A DNA stretch of 61,323 bases, filler included. It is 5 parts of 5 records of this genome, joined end to end, with 100 filler letters (N's around TTAATTAATTAA, not from the genome) between each part and the next. Parts side by side here need not be neighbours in the genome. Positions count along the whole stretch, not along the records: positions 1 to 11,341 come from DRR723986_4020; positions 11,442 to 26,797 come from DRR723986_4023; 3 more parts are not named here. One strand, given 5' to 3'. Below the pieces are notes generated by a model, which had not been told where the DNA came from, ran no database searches, and worked only from the letters and a program-made list of their open reading frames with translations. Positions within the stretch are counted from its first letter, which is position 1; every line of letters starts with the position of its first letter. This document shows, piece by piece, positions 1 through 12,301 of the stretch. Made by a program: the position numbers and the translations under genes.

Positions 1-1
1 T

Positions 2-1495
<1,494 letters not shown>

Positions 1496-1521
1496 TCGTA
1501 TCGCTTAACTGAATAGAATTT

Positions 1522-1557
1522 GGGCCACCGCATATTCTGCGGTGGCCCTTATCTTTT
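1522..1557 (+). terminator. Intrinsic terminator after carB (possibly bidirectional)
   Basis: Perfect 11-bp stem GGGCCACCGCA/TGCGGTGGCCC with a 5-nt loop, followed by TTATCTTTT; lies between convergent genes. Confidence 0.8.
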
Positions 1558-1583
1558 CTAAACTGTGGTTGTGCCCTAAGTGT

Positions 1584-2993
1584 CTATAGCCCCAGTGTAC
1601 CGGGTGCAGCCCCATCTCGATGGCGCACATAAAGCAGTGCCAAAGCCGCAGATGCCACACGCGACATGATCCCGTCTGCACGGCTGGTCAGCATGATAGG
1701 CACCCGTGCCCCCAATACGATCCCAGCGGATTCTGCGCCTGCCAAATACATCAACTGTTTGGCGACCATGTTGCCGGACTCAAGATCCGGCGCCACCAAA
1801 ACATCCGCCTGCCCCGCCACCGGTGACGTGATCCCCTTGGTCTTGGCCGCAGCCACAGATATCGCGTTGTCAAAAGCCAACGGCCCATCCAAATCAGCGC
1901 CGGTGATCTGCCCACGATCCGCCATTTTGCACAGCGCCGCCGCCTCAACCGTCGAAGGAATGGAGCGCATCACCGTTTCCACCGCCGAGAGGATGGCAAC
2001 TTTGGGCCGCTCAACACCAAGCGCATGGCACAGATCAACCGCATTCCGGATCATATCCGCCTTGATCTCTAGATCCGGCGCGATGTTGATCGCCGCATCG
2101 GTAATGAACAGCGTTTTGGGGTAACTCGGCACATCCAGAGCAAAGACGTGGCTCATCCGGCGTTCGGTCCGCAGACCTGTCGCCGCATCAACCACTGCCC
2201 CCATCACCTCATCTGTGTGCAACGCGCCTTTCATCAAAGCCTCTGCTTGCCCTTGATGGACCATCTCAACCGCGCGGTCTGCCGCTGCATGGCTGTGGGA
2301 AACAGCAACGATCTCGATCCCGGTCAGATCTAAGCCCGCTTCGGCCGCAGCTGCATTTATCCGCGCCGGAGGGCCAATGAGGATGGGGGTAATCAGCCCC
2401 TGCGCATAGGCCTGCACAGCCCCCTCAAGCGAGGTGGCGTCACACGGGTGCACCACGGCCGTGCGAATTGGGTCCAGGGCTTCGGTCATGGCCAACAGCT
2501 CGGCATACCCGGCCCCGGAATGATGCAAGTGAACCTCGGGCAATTGTGTACGCGGGCGTCGAACTTTTTCGCGGGGGGCGATCACTTCAGCTTCGCCGAT
2601 GATCACAGGTTTGCCATCACCGTTGATACACGTGCAGTCGAGTATCAAACGCGCTGTTTCGGGATCACGTTCACGCACACTGACACGAACCGTAACAGTC
2701 TCACCTACCCCAACAGGTTTTCGAAAACTCAGGGACTGATTGAGATAGATCGTCCCCGGCCCGGGTAATTCCGTCCCCAATACGGTTGAAATCAACGCCC
2801 CGCCCCACATGCCATGCGCGATGACTTTGTGGAAAACATCATCTTTGGCATAATCTGGGTCGACATGCGCCGGGTTCACATCGCCGGACATTGCTGCAAA
2901 CAAGTCAATGTCTTGGGCGCTAAGCGTGCGGGTCAATTCCGCATGATCCCCAACCGAGATCTCGTCGAACGTTTTGTTTTCTATGTACTGCAT
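1584..2993 (-). CDS. Bifunctional MaoC-type (R)-enoyl-CoA hydratase / phosphate acetyl(butyryl)transferase
   Basis: N-terminal SGDVNPAH and IAHGMW hot-dog motifs; C-terminal PTA_PTB motifs TDAAINIAP, DGPLAFDNA and PDLESGNM. Start moved to MQYIENK (2993) to avoid overlap with fabI. Confidence 0.92.
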   Translation of the reverse strand: MQYIENKTFDEISVGDHAELTRTLSAQDIDLFAAMSGDVNPAHVDPDYAKDDVFHKVIAHGMWGGALISTVLGTELPGPGTIYLNQSLSFRKPVGVGETVTVRVSVRERDPETARLILDCTCINGDGKPVIIGEAEVIAPREKVRRPRTQLPEVHLHHSGAGYAELLAMTEALDPIRTAVVHPCDATSLEGAVQAYAQGLITPILIGPPARINAAAAEAGLDLTGIEIVAVSHSHAAADRAVEMVHQGQAEALMKGALHTDEVMGAVVDAATGLRTERRMSHVFALDVPSYPKTLFITDAAINIAPDLEIKADMIRNAVDLCHALGVERPKVAILSAVETVMRSIPSTVEAAALCKMADRGQITGADLDGPLAFDNAISVAAAKTKGITSPVAGQADVLVAPDLESGNMVAKQLMYLAGAESAGIVLGARVPIMLTSRADGIMSRVASAALALLYVRHRDGAAPGTLGL

Positions 2994-3001
2994 CGCTGAC
3001 C

Positions 3002-3769
3002 TCAGGACATGATGTGATAGCCGCCATCCACATAGGATACGTTGCCGGTAATGGCAGACCCTTGGGGTGACAACAGGCAAGCGGCCATCTGGCCGACCTC
3101 TTGGATCGTGACAAGGCGGCGCAATGGTGCACGCGTTTGGGCTTCGTCTACCAGCGCATCAAATTTGTCGATGCCGCTGGCTGCGCGGGTCATCAACGGC
3201 CCCGGAGAGATTGCATTCACCCGGATCCCTTTGGGACCCAGTTCCGCCGCCATATATCGGCTCACACTTTCCAAGGCCGCCTTAACAGGGCCCATGACGT
3301 TATAGTGATCGACAACCTTTTCTGCGCCATAATAGCTGACCGTCAAAAGTGACCCGCCGTTGCGCATCAAAGGTTCCGCGCGCCGCGCCATGCGTGTGAA
3401 CGAATGAACCGAGATATCCATGGCTTGCGTAAATCCATCACGCGAACAATCCGTAACGCGACCATGCAGATCTTGCTTCGGGCAAAACGCGATCGAGTGG
3501 ATCAGGAAATCCAATTCGCCCCATTCTGCTTTGATCTGGTCGAACACCGCATCCATTTGGGCATCGTCAGTCACATCTAACGGCATCAATAGCTCTGCCC
3601 CACACGCATCCGCTACGGGGGCTACATGGGGCTTGGCCTTGTCCGACTGATAGGTCAACGCCAGCCGGGCACCTTGTTCTTTGGCGACCATTGCACAGCC
3701 CGCTGCAATGGACTGATCATTGGCAACCCCAACAATCAATCCTTTCTTACCTTGCAAAAATCCCTGCAT
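3002..3769 (-). CDS. fabI: Enoyl-ACP reductase
   Basis: GVANDQSIA, YNVMGPVKAALE, RVNAISPGP and VDGGYHI motifs. Confidence 0.93.
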   Translation of the reverse strand: MQGFLQGKKGLIVGVANDQSIAAGCAMVAKEQGARLALTYQSDKAKPHVAPVADACGAELLMPLDVTDDAQMDAVFDQIKAEWGELDFLIHSIAFCPKQDLHGRVTDCSRDGFTQAMDISVHSFTRMARRAEPLMRNGGSLLTVSYYGAEKVVDHYNVMGPVKAALESVSRYMAAELGPKGIRVNAISPGPLMTRAASGIDKFDALVDEAQTRAPLRRLVTIQEVGQMAACLLSPQGSAITGNVSYVDGGYHIMS

Positions 3770-3772
3770 TGC

Positions 3773-5539
3773 TCACTCCATCATCACGTAGGTGCCGGGT
3801 GCATCGCAAATTGATTTCCCCGATGTCGGAGGCGCACTCTGCGTCCCAGAGCGTTCGCTGAGCCAAGCGCTCCATTCTGGCCACCAGCTGCCTTGCTTCA
3901 TTTCAGCGAGTTCAAGCCATTCATCCGGTGCCACATTCGGGGCGCTATCCGGGTTGGTGTGAACACGGAAATGACGGCGGGGATGTCCCGGTTCAGACAC
4001 AACACCGGCGTTGTGCCCACCATTGGTCAGGACAAATGTCACCTCAGAACGGGACAAGGTGTCGATCTTGAACACTGATTTCCAAGGCGCAACATGGTCT
4101 GTTTCAGTGCCTACCGCAAAAATTGGGACCCGCAGGTCCGTGGGCGTAACAGATCTGTCGCCGACTTCGAAATGGCCCGCAGCGAACGCGTTGTTCAAAA
4201 AGAGATTCCGCAGGTATTCAGAATGCATCCGGTATGGCATCCGCGTCGTATCCGCATTCCATGCCATCAGATCGTTGCCATGCGGACGCTCGCCCATCAG
4301 GTATTCGTGCTGCATCCGGGACCAGATCAGATCGCTTGACCGGAGCAGTTGGAAGGCCCCCGCCATTTGCGCCGCATCAAGATAGCCATTTTTCCACATC
4401 ATATCTTCGAGAAAAGCGACCTCGGCCTCGGAGATAAACAGCATCAATTCCCCGGCTTCGGTGAAATCCGATTGCGCAGCAAACAGGGTAAGAGACGCCA
4501 AGCGATCATCCCCATCCCGCGCCATGGCCGCCGCCGCAATGGACAGCAAGGTGCCCCCGAGACAATACCCAACGCCATGCACTTTTTCTGCGCCGGTAAT
4601 CTCCAGAACTTGATCGAGCGCCGCCATCGGCCCCTGTTCCCGGTAATCATTCATCCCCAGATCGGCGTCTTCTACGCCCGGATTGCGCCACGAGATCATG
4701 AAAACCGTAAACCCCTGTTCGGTCAGGTATTTCACCATCGAGTTTTCGGGGCTGAGATCCAAAATGTAGTATTTCATGATCCACGCCGGGGTGATCAAAA
4801 TTGGCTCTGGATGCACTTGTTCAGTAACGGCATCATACTGAATAAGCTCGATCAAGTGGTTGCGAAACACGACCTTACCCGGTGTTGCAGCCAACTCCTG
4901 CCCAACCCGAAATTCCTCCGCGACAGCTGGTTTCTCATGAAAGAAATAGCGACGAATGTCTTCTTGGAAATTCTTGGCCCCTTCAGCGAAATTGTGCCCC
5001 TTTGTTTCTCTGACTTTGTTCAGAACCTCGGGGTTCGTCAGAGGAAAATTTGCAGGCGACATGGCATCAAGAAACTGGCGCGCAGTAAAGTTGATCGCTC
5101 GTTCATTGGCCTTGGTTACACCGCGTACATTTGTGGTCGCATCATCCCACCACTGCTGGGTTAGCAGGAACCCCTGCTTGTAAACGTTGAACGGGAACTT
5201 CTCCCAACCTTCGTACCGAAACCGGCGGTCGCGTGCATCAGGCTGAACACAGCCCTCGGCCGGGGCATCCAAGGCGCATCTGGTCAGATACTCACCAAAA
5301 TCAATCATATTGTGCGCAGCATGTTGCGTCAGCTCTGCGCGCTTGCCGGGCAGTGTCGACAGGTGCGTCATCCAGTTGAAATACAGCTGAGCCAAGGCAT
5401 TGGGGGACAACCCCCCGGTCAGCTCACTTAGCCCTGCTCGATAGGATGTATCGACCATATCGGACAGGTCATTATCCGGGTCATGCATCCGACGTCGATT
5501 TGGCCCTTGTGGCAATTTAGAAGAAACGGAATCTGTCAT
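3773..5539 (-). CDS. phaC: Class I polyhydroxyalkanoate synthase
   Basis: Lipase box GYCLGG, TPGKVVFRN, KYYILDL, WNADTTRMP, catalytic Asp (DHVAP) and His (GHNAG). Start uncertain (5539 or 5584). Confidence 0.93.
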   Translation of the reverse strand: MTDSVSSKLPQGPNRRRMHDPDNDLSDMVDTSYRAGLSELTGGLSPNALAQLYFNWMTHLSTLPGKRAELTQHAAHNMIDFGEYLTRCALDAPAEGCVQPDARDRRFRYEGWEKFPFNVYKQGFLLTQQWWDDATTNVRGVTKANERAINFTARQFLDAMSPANFPLTNPEVLNKVRETKGHNFAEGAKNFQEDIRRYFFHEKPAVAEEFRVGQELAATPGKVVFRNHLIELIQYDAVTEQVHPEPILITPAWIMKYYILDLSPENSMVKYLTEQGFTVFMISWRNPGVEDADLGMNDYREQGPMAALDQVLEITGAEKVHGVGYCLGGTLLSIAAAAMARDGDDRLASLTLFAAQSDFTEAGELMLFISEAEVAFLEDMMWKNGYLDAAQMAGAFQLLRSSDLIWSRMQHEYLMGERPHGNDLMAWNADTTRMPYRMHSEYLRNLFLNNAFAAGHFEVGDRSVTPTDLRVPIFAVGTETDHVAPWKSVFKIDTLSRSEVTFVLTNGGHNAGVVSEPGHPRRHFRVHTNPDSAPNVAPDEWLELAEMKQGSWWPEWSAWLSERSGTQSAPPTSGKSICDAPGTYVMME

Positions 5540-5620
5540 TTTGGATGTCCTATTCACACGCGGCGTACCGATGAATTCTAACATGATATCAATTATGTAC
5601 GGAGGTAGCGCCCCTCAAGA

Positions 5621-5644
5621 TGCTGCATTGCGGCAAATTGTCAA
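5621..5644 (-). promoter_or_regulatory. Candidate PhaR-type operator next to a TTGACA -35-like element upstream of phaC
   Basis: Near-palindrome TGCTGCA-T-TGCGGCA (5621-5635) resembles the CTGC-N3-GCAG PhaR box; TTGACA on the minus strand at 5644-5639. Confidence 0.45.
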
Positions 5645-5830
5645 TGCGCGCTGCTTCGGGCCTATGCCAACCGATAATCGCACCGAGAGAGAGCTTAGAA
5701 AATTCAGTGTTTCCCGCTGTTTTGCTGATTACGAGACCAATTTCTCGAACCCTTGTGACACGGCCATGACAAAGCCGAAAACCGGCAAGAATTGGCCGAA
5801 GCGCACAAACCTGTGCGCTTCGGCTTTGCT

Positions 5831-8800
5831 TTAAACAGCCTGTTGTTCGCTGCGACCAAAAAAGATCAGATAGAACACCGGTGCGGCTACCAACGTCAGA
5901 ATCGTCGCAAACGCCAATCCCCCCATAATGGTCACTGCCATAGAGACAAAGAACGCATCCGAAAGCAGAGGTGCCATCCCAAGAATGGTTGTGACCGCCG
6001 CAAGCATAACAGGGCGCAAACGCGATACGGACGCTTGAACAATCGCCTCCCGCAGGGGGATCCCCTCGGCCCGAACCAAATCGATCTCTTCGACCAATAC
6101 GATCCCGTTCTTGATCAACATGCCCGACAGGCTGAGCAACCCAAGCAACGCCGTAAAAGTGAACGGCAGCCCCGTCCCCAGCAATCCAATCACAACGCCA
6201 TTCACTGACATCGGCACCAACAGCCAGATGATCACAGGCTGACGGATCGCGTTGAACAGCAGAACCGAAATCAACACCATGATCAGCAAGCTTAGTGGCA
6301 ATTGCTTGCCCAGACTTTCCTGCGCATCACGCGAGCTTTCGAACTCTCCGCCCCATGCCATGGTGTATCCCGGGGGCAAGGGCATCTCTTCGATAACGCT
6401 ACGGATTTCGCCATGCACTTGGGCCGCCGTCAGCTCCGGTGGGATATCAGCCCCGACAGTGATTGTCGGAACCCGATCTCGCCGATGGACCAAAGTGTTT
6501 TGAACCCTGTACTCAAACCCATCGACCATCTGTTCGATGGGCATGAATTTCTGTGCCTGCGCCGAATAAACCACCTGATCGACAATGCTATAGGGGCCAT
6601 CTGCGGGTCGGCGCACATAGATCGGGATCAACCGTTCCCGTTCGCGGAAAACCCCGCCCCGCTGTCCATCAGTGGAAAACAGCAGCATATCCGCAATATC
6701 ATCGCGTGTTACGCCCGCCGTCTGCGCCCGGTTGGTGGCATAGACAGGCAGGACCGCCAGCTCTTGTTCCCGCCAATTCGTGCGCACCCCGATCAAATTG
6801 TCCGAGGCGGCCTCCATCCGTCGTTTTGCCTCAGCCGCCAACTCTCGCAGGACCTTGGGATCGTTGCCTGAAAAGCGCGCCTGAATTGGGTCACCTCCAC
6901 CGGGGCCAAAAACAAGCCGCTTGGTTCGAAACTCCCCCTCGGGGAAACGAGCCTGCCCAAACGCCTCAAGATCAGCCTGCAACGCTGGGATATCCTCCAA
7001 GGACGCCGTGCGGATGATCATGTGCCCGTAAGACGGGTTCGCCTTTTCAGCCGAATAGGTCAGCATGAACCGGGTCGCACCCTGGCCAACAAACGTGGTC
7101 GCAGACACAACATCGTCACGGTCTGCCAACCACGCCTCAACCGTTTTCAGGTGATCTGATGTCAGACTAATCGGGGTGCCCTGCGGCAGCTTATAGTGCA
7201 CAAAAAACAGCGGTGTGTTCGAGTTGGGAAAAAACTGCTGTTTGACCGAGGCAAAGCCTGCAAAACAAACGACCGTCACCCCTACAAGACCCACAACGAC
7301 CAACCAACGCAGCTTGAGTGCCGCGCGCAGTGTCGCACCATAGGCCCGGAACATCAGCCCGCCATAGGCATCGCCGTCGCCCTCTTTGCCTTGCTTAAAG
7401 AAATAATGCCCAAGCAACGGCGTGACGGTCAGCGCCAAGATCCAACTCAGCAACAGCGAGATGCCGATAACAGCAAAGAGTGAGAACAGGAATTCACCAG
7501 TCGCATCGGGACTTAGCCCGATACCCGCAAAGGCCATGATGCCGATAACCGTGGCCCCCAACAGCGGGATCTGCGTTTTGCTCGCCGCATCTTGCGCCGC
7601 ATCGTGCGAGGTCTTTCCGCGCTGCATCGAGATCTGCATGCCCTCGGCCACAACGATGGCATTGTCGACCAACATCCCCATCGCGATGATCAGCGCCCCG
7701 AGCGAAATGCGTTCCATCTCAATCGAAAAGATCGCCATAAACAGCAACGTGCCAACCACTGTCAGCAGCAAGGTTGAGCCCACAACAACGGCGGCCCGCC
7801 ACCCCATGAAAAGCGCAAGAACCGCCACCACAATGGCAACAGACATGGCCAGGTTTACGAGAAACGCATTCGAGGCCTCTTCGACCACCACATGCTGTTG
7901 ATAGATCGGCAAGATTTCGACGCCAAACGGGATGTCTTGATCCAGCTCCGCCATCTTTGCATCAACGCGCTTGCCGACTTCGACAATGTTTTCTGTCGCC
8001 AGCCCCGCGACACCAAGGGTGAACGCCTCAACCCCGTTGAACCGGACCATCAGATCCGGGTCGACAACACGGCCACGATGCACCCCCGCCATATCAGACA
8101 GGTTGATCACGCGCCCCTGTGTTCCAACTGATAGGCCAGCAATTTCGGAAACGCTATCTGATCCTTCAGCAGTTAAGATCGCTGTAGCCCGATCATTCGA
8201 CCGCACCAGACCCGAGTCCTTGACCGAATCCGCAGTCGCAATCGCTTCGGCGATCGCTTGCATGCTGATGTTTTGGTTCACCGACAGCGCAAGATCTGGT
8301 TCAACAAAAATCGCCTCTTCCGGCAACCCGGCCACATCAACATCCGCAACGCCATCCACAGTCAGCAATTCGCGCCTGAGAAAGGTTGCCAGTTCATGCT
8401 TTTCTGCGTCCGAAAACCCTTCGGACGTGACGGCATAGAATAGACCAAACACGTCCCCAAAACTGTCGTTCACATAGGGCTGGCTTACCCCTGTCGGCAG
8501 ACCCCGGGCTGCATCGCGCACTTTTGCACGCAATTCGGTCCAGATCGCCGGCAGCTCTGTGCCATCATAAGTCGATTGAATTTCCACCTCGATAATGGAT
8601 CTGCCCGGTTGGTTGATTGACGTAATCTTGTCAACCTCGCCCATTTTCTGGATCGCGGATTCCAAAGGTTCCGAGACTTCTAAAGCAACCTGTTCCGCAT
8701 CTGCACCGGGGTATTGCGTGACAATCACGGCCTGTTTGATGGTAAAGGCCGGGTCTTCGAGCCGCCCCAATGACGTAAAACCCCAAATGCCACCGAACAG

Positions 8801-8863
8801 GGCAATCAGAATAATCAGCCACGTGTACAGCGGCTTTTCGATAGAGGCGCGTGCGATATTCAT
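5831..8863 (-). CDS. RND efflux transporter permease (AcrB/AcrD/AcrF family)
   Basis: 1010 aa; GMLVDNAIVVAE, KNGIVLVE and RLRPVMLAAVTTILGM motifs; 12-TM layout. Confidence 0.95.
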   Translation of the reverse strand: MNIARASIEKPLYTWLIILIALFGGIWGFTSLGRLEDPAFTIKQAVIVTQYPGADAEQVALEVSEPLESAIQKMGEVDKITSINQPGRSIIEVEIQSTYDGTELPAIWTELRAKVRDAARGLPTGVSQPYVNDSFGDVFGLFYAVTSEGFSDAEKHELATFLRRELLTVDGVADVDVAGLPEEAIFVEPDLALSVNQNISMQAIAEAIATADSVKDSGLVRSNDRATAILTAEGSDSVSEIAGLSVGTQGRVINLSDMAGVHRGRVVDPDLMVRFNGVEAFTLGVAGLATENIVEVGKRVDAKMAELDQDIPFGVEILPIYQQHVVVEEASNAFLVNLAMSVAIVVAVLALFMGWRAAVVVGSTLLLTVVGTLLFMAIFSIEMERISLGALIIAMGMLVDNAIVVAEGMQISMQRGKTSHDAAQDAASKTQIPLLGATVIGIMAFAGIGLSPDATGEFLFSLFAVIGISLLLSWILALTVTPLLGHYFFKQGKEGDGDAYGGLMFRAYGATLRAALKLRWLVVVGLVGVTVVCFAGFASVKQQFFPNSNTPLFFVHYKLPQGTPISLTSDHLKTVEAWLADRDDVVSATTFVGQGATRFMLTYSAEKANPSYGHMIIRTASLEDIPALQADLEAFGQARFPEGEFRTKRLVFGPGGGDPIQARFSGNDPKVLRELAAEAKRRMEAASDNLIGVRTNWREQELAVLPVYATNRAQTAGVTRDDIADMLLFSTDGQRGGVFRERERLIPIYVRRPADGPYSIVDQVVYSAQAQKFMPIEQMVDGFEYRVQNTLVHRRDRVPTITVGADIPPELTAAQVHGEIRSVIEEMPLPPGYTMAWGGEFESSRDAQESLGKQLPLSLLIMVLISVLLFNAIRQPVIIWLLVPMSVNGVVIGLLGTGLPFTFTALLGLLSLSGMLIKNGIVLVEEIDLVRAEGIPLREAIVQASVSRLRPVMLAAVTTILGMAPLLSDAFFVSMAVTIMGGLAFATILTLVAAPVFYLIFFGRSEQQAV

Positions 8864-8874
8864 CTGCCCGCCCC

Positions 8875-9915
8875 TTAGTTCGCAAAGCCGGCAAAACGGC
8901 GAACGGATTGACCGTCCTCCAGCGCATTGCCACCCGTTACAACAATCTCATCGCCGTCCTGCAGGCCAGAAATCACGCGCACACTACCCCCCTGAGTGGG
9001 TTCGATCTCCACCGCGGTGAACGCCACAGTGCCTTCGCTGGCACCTTTTGGGGAAAAGACCATGACACCAATCTGCCCCGAAGGGGTGGTCACAATGGCC
9101 GTTGGCGGGATGATAATTCCGGTCCGCCCATCCTGCACCTGAACATTGACCGTTACAGAAGACCCCGGAAAGACCTGCAAATCATCGGGTTTCGGGAACC
9201 CAAAGTTGATGCGGAATGTTTGCCCAACGCTTGACGTTTCGGCATCAAACTCGCGAATTTGTAGGGGAAAGAGTTCATCCGATGCAGGAAACTTTGCGGT
9301 GATTTCAACATCATCCTGCTGTCCGGCTCGTTGAAACAGAATTTCAGGAACGTCCACCTCGATCCGCAGCTCTGACATATCGTGGATGCGCACAACGGGT
9401 GTCCCGGCCGAAACAGTCGTAAAGGCCGCGACCGTGCGGTGCGCAACCAGCGCATCAAACGGGGCGGTCAAAGTTGCATGTTCCAGAGCGTATTCTGCAT
9501 CGCGCAAAGCAATTGCACTCAGCGCGGCGGCTGTTTCTGAATCGTCCAATGACACTTGGCTGACGGTTGACCCTTTCAGGCGGTTCAATCGTGCGACCGT
9601 GCGATCCGCTTGCTCTTTTTGCAGACGCGCTCGGTTCAATTGCAGTTCAAACGGTTCTTGATCCAATCGGGCGATCAACGACCCTTTGGGAATGACCACC
9701 CCCTCGTTCACTGGCAGATCCAAAATCTGCCCTGAAACCTGAAAGGCAAGATCGACAGATTGGCGTGCCGCAACCTGCCCAAAGAATTGCCGTGAGAAAC
9801 CCGGGGCTGTTTCACTAACTTCAATCAGTTTCACGGGTTTCAGGGCTTTGTCTTGCGCCATTGCGCCCCCTGAAAGGGCAATCAAAGCGGCGCTGAATAC
9901 AGACATTAGTTTCAT
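8875..9915 (-). CDS. RND efflux periplasmic adaptor (membrane fusion protein)
   Basis: Signal peptide, LAFQVSG, TLTAPFDA and SGLQDGDEIV motifs; directly upstream of the RND gene. Confidence 0.93.
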   Translation of the reverse strand: MKLMSVFSAALIALSGGAMAQDKALKPVKLIEVSETAPGFSRQFFGQVAARQSVDLAFQVSGQILDLPVNEGVVIPKGSLIARLDQEPFELQLNRARLQKEQADRTVARLNRLKGSTVSQVSLDDSETAAALSAIALRDAEYALEHATLTAPFDALVAHRTVAAFTTVSAGTPVVRIHDMSELRIEVDVPEILFQRAGQQDDVEITAKFPASDELFPLQIREFDAETSSVGQTFRINFGFPKPDDLQVFPGSSVTVNVQVQDGRTGIIIPPTAIVTTPSGQIGVMVFSPKGASEGTVAFTAVEIEPTQGGSVRVISGLQDGDEIVVTGGNALEDGQSVRRFAGFAN

Positions 9916-10385
9916 TTCTTCAGTCCCTCAGGAATTCCTGTTTTCAGGATGTTTTCTCTTATTTTGCGCGCCAATCGCGCGAATTCTTCGGTCTCTTCGG
10001 CGTTCAACCCCGATGCTTGGTGGAACATCTCCCCCGCGCGGGTCACGACGGTTTGGCGGATTTCTTGACCCAATTTCGTCAGCACCAGCAGCCAAGCCCG
10101 ACGATCGTTCGGGTCCCGCTGGCGTTGCAAATAGCCTTTGGCCTCAAGGTTATCTGTTGTGGCGGTCAAGGTTGACGGCGCAGCCAAAAGGTCCCGCGCC
10201 AACACACCCATACGCTTGGGCCTGTCTAACTTTACCATCAAATGCAGTTCATTGCGCGACAGCTCTGGGTCTGTGGCAAGATCATCTATCGTTTCTTCCA
10301 GCTTCCAATACAGCGCATGCACGCCCATCATCGCTTGAATTTCAGGACTGAACCCTTCCATCACAAAAGTTTCGTCATTTGGCAT
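9912..10385 (-). CDS. MarR-family transcriptional regulator
   Basis: LEAKGYLQRQRDPNDRRAWLLVLT wing motif; 4-nt overlap with the MFP gene. Start taken at MPNDET. Confidence 0.88.
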   Translation of the reverse strand: MPNDETFVMEGFSPEIQAMMGVHALYWKLEETIDDLATDPELSRNELHLMVKLDRPKRMGVLARDLLAAPSTLTATTDNLEAKGYLQRQRDPNDRRAWLLVLTKLGQEIRQTVVTRAGEMFHQASGLNAEETEEFARLARKIRENILKTGIPEGLKK

Positions 10386-10553
10386 AAGGGCGTTCCTGGT
10401 AATGTAGCGCGCGATATATTTCGAAACCCGAACCATTCAAGATACAAAACAGTTTTTTTCTGCATCCCGCCGGTTTCCCTTGGGGCACCCACCCTTGATC
10501 CTGACACGACACAGCGTCATTTTGTGCCAACCGGCAACCTTGAGGAGCCCGCA

Positions 10554-11341
10554 ATGTACAAAACCGCCATCACCGGAACCGGGGTGTTCACGCCTAGTCA
10601 GGTCATCACCAACGCCGAATTGGTCGAAGCCTTTAACGCCTATGCTGACAAAACCAACGCAGCAAACGCCGAGGCCATCGCCGCAGGCGACGTTGAACCG
10701 TTGCAGCATTCTTCGGTGGATTTCATTTTCAGGGCTTCCGGCATTGAGCAACGGTTTGTGATGGACAAATCCGGCATTCTGGATCCCGATGTTATGCACC
10801 CTCAGTTGCGGCAGCGCAGTGATGACGAACCGGGTATCATGACCGAAATGGCTGTGGATGCGGCCAACAAGGCCCTCGCCCAAGCCGGTAAAACGGCAGC
10901 CGATGTGGATGCGGTAATCTGTGCGGCTTCAAACCTGGAACGTGCGTACCCAGCGGTCGCCATTGAGGTTCAAAAAGCCCTTGGAATTCAAGGATTTGCC
11001 TTTGATATGAATGTGGCTTGCTCCTCTGCCACGTTTGGAATTCAGGCCGCGGCTGACATGGTTCGCTCGGGCTCCATCCGCTCTGCCCTCGTGGTAAACC
11101 CCGAAATCTGTTCGGGGCATCTGGAATGGCGCGATCGCGATTGCCATTTCATTTTCGGGGACGTTGCCACCGCCACGTTGATAGAACGGAAAGAAAACGC
11201 CACGGGGCCTCATTTCGAAATCCTTTCGACGCGCTGTGCGACCGATTTTTCCAACAACATCCGCAACAACAATGGCTTTTTGCGTCGCTCACGCCCGGAT
11301 GGGGTAAAGGACCGCCGCGATATGCAGTTCATGCAAAATGG
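10554..11341 (+). CDS. fabH: Beta-ketoacyl-ACP synthase III (FabH-like), 3' truncated by the contig end
   Basis: GAGGAG RBS before ATG 10554; FDMNVACSS catalytic Cys motif and IFGD. Confidence 0.88.
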
Positions 11342-11441
11342 NNNNNNNNNNNNNNNNNNNNNNNNNNNNNNNNNNNNNNNNNNNNTTAATTAATTAANNN
11401 NNNNNNNNNNNNNNNNNNNNNNNNNNNNNNNNNNNNNNNNN
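11342..11441. other. Artificial contig spacer
   Basis: N-run flanking TTAATTAATTAA (stops in all six frames); genes are cut on both sides. Confidence 0.98.
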
Positions 11442-11831
11442 CATGAAGCCCTGACCGTCATAGTAGTTCACACCAGCAAAGTTCAGACCCAGCTGAGTGT
11501 CGCGGGACATGGTCCAGGTGGTGTTACGGGACAGAACATCAACTTCGCCGGACTGAAGCGCGGTGAAACGCTCTTTTGCGGACAGCGGAGTGTATTTCAC
11601 AGCGGACGCATCGCCGAACACTGCTGCAGCCATAGCGCGGCAGTAGTCAACGTCGATACCGGTCCAGTTCCCCTGAGCATCCGGGTTCGAGAAACCCGGC
11701 AGACCCTGGCTCACGCCACACTGAATGAAGCCCTTTGCCTTGACGTCTTCCAGCGTCGTTGCACCAGCAGCCGTCGTCGCGGCGACTCCCATAGCAGCGC
11801 CGATTACGAGCGGAAGGAATTTATTGGACAT
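11442..11831 (-). CDS. aapJ: General L-amino acid ABC transporter substrate-binding protein (AapJ/BztA), 3' truncated
   Basis: Signal peptide; CGVSQGLPGFS, KERFTALQSGEVDVLSRNTTWT and YYDGQGFM; divergent from metC as in rhizobia. Confidence 0.92.
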
Positions 11832-12301
11832 GGATATGCAGCCTTTATTTGTTACCCATACTTTTATTATGCCGGGTTTGTTCGAAAGACATCTTCTCCG
11901 TCTCTTGTAACCGGACGGATGCCAGCCTTGACGGCTGCTTCCTCCAGATATCTTTCGTCCCACCCAACGGTTCCATACGATGGCATTTAGCTGTTCGGGT
12001 CAAGTACTTGCTGCAGATATCTCGTCAAATTTCTCGAGCTATCCGCCATTTGCCATCAGGTTGGATGCACAAACAGCGAACATGTCTAAATCGAATTCAT
12101 TCAATGCCTAAAAAGGGTTCAATGCATTTAGCGGAGACCTTGCGAAGGTTAACGCTAATCGAAAAATTCTCCACACAAAGACCCGCGCCCAACACGTGAA
12201 ATGGCGGTTGCGACCATGACGCGAATGACTAAAGTGAGCGCTCGGCGCTCGGCAGCTCAATGTCGCGCCGCCTCTCGCAAAACACACACCCAAGAGCCTT
12301 C

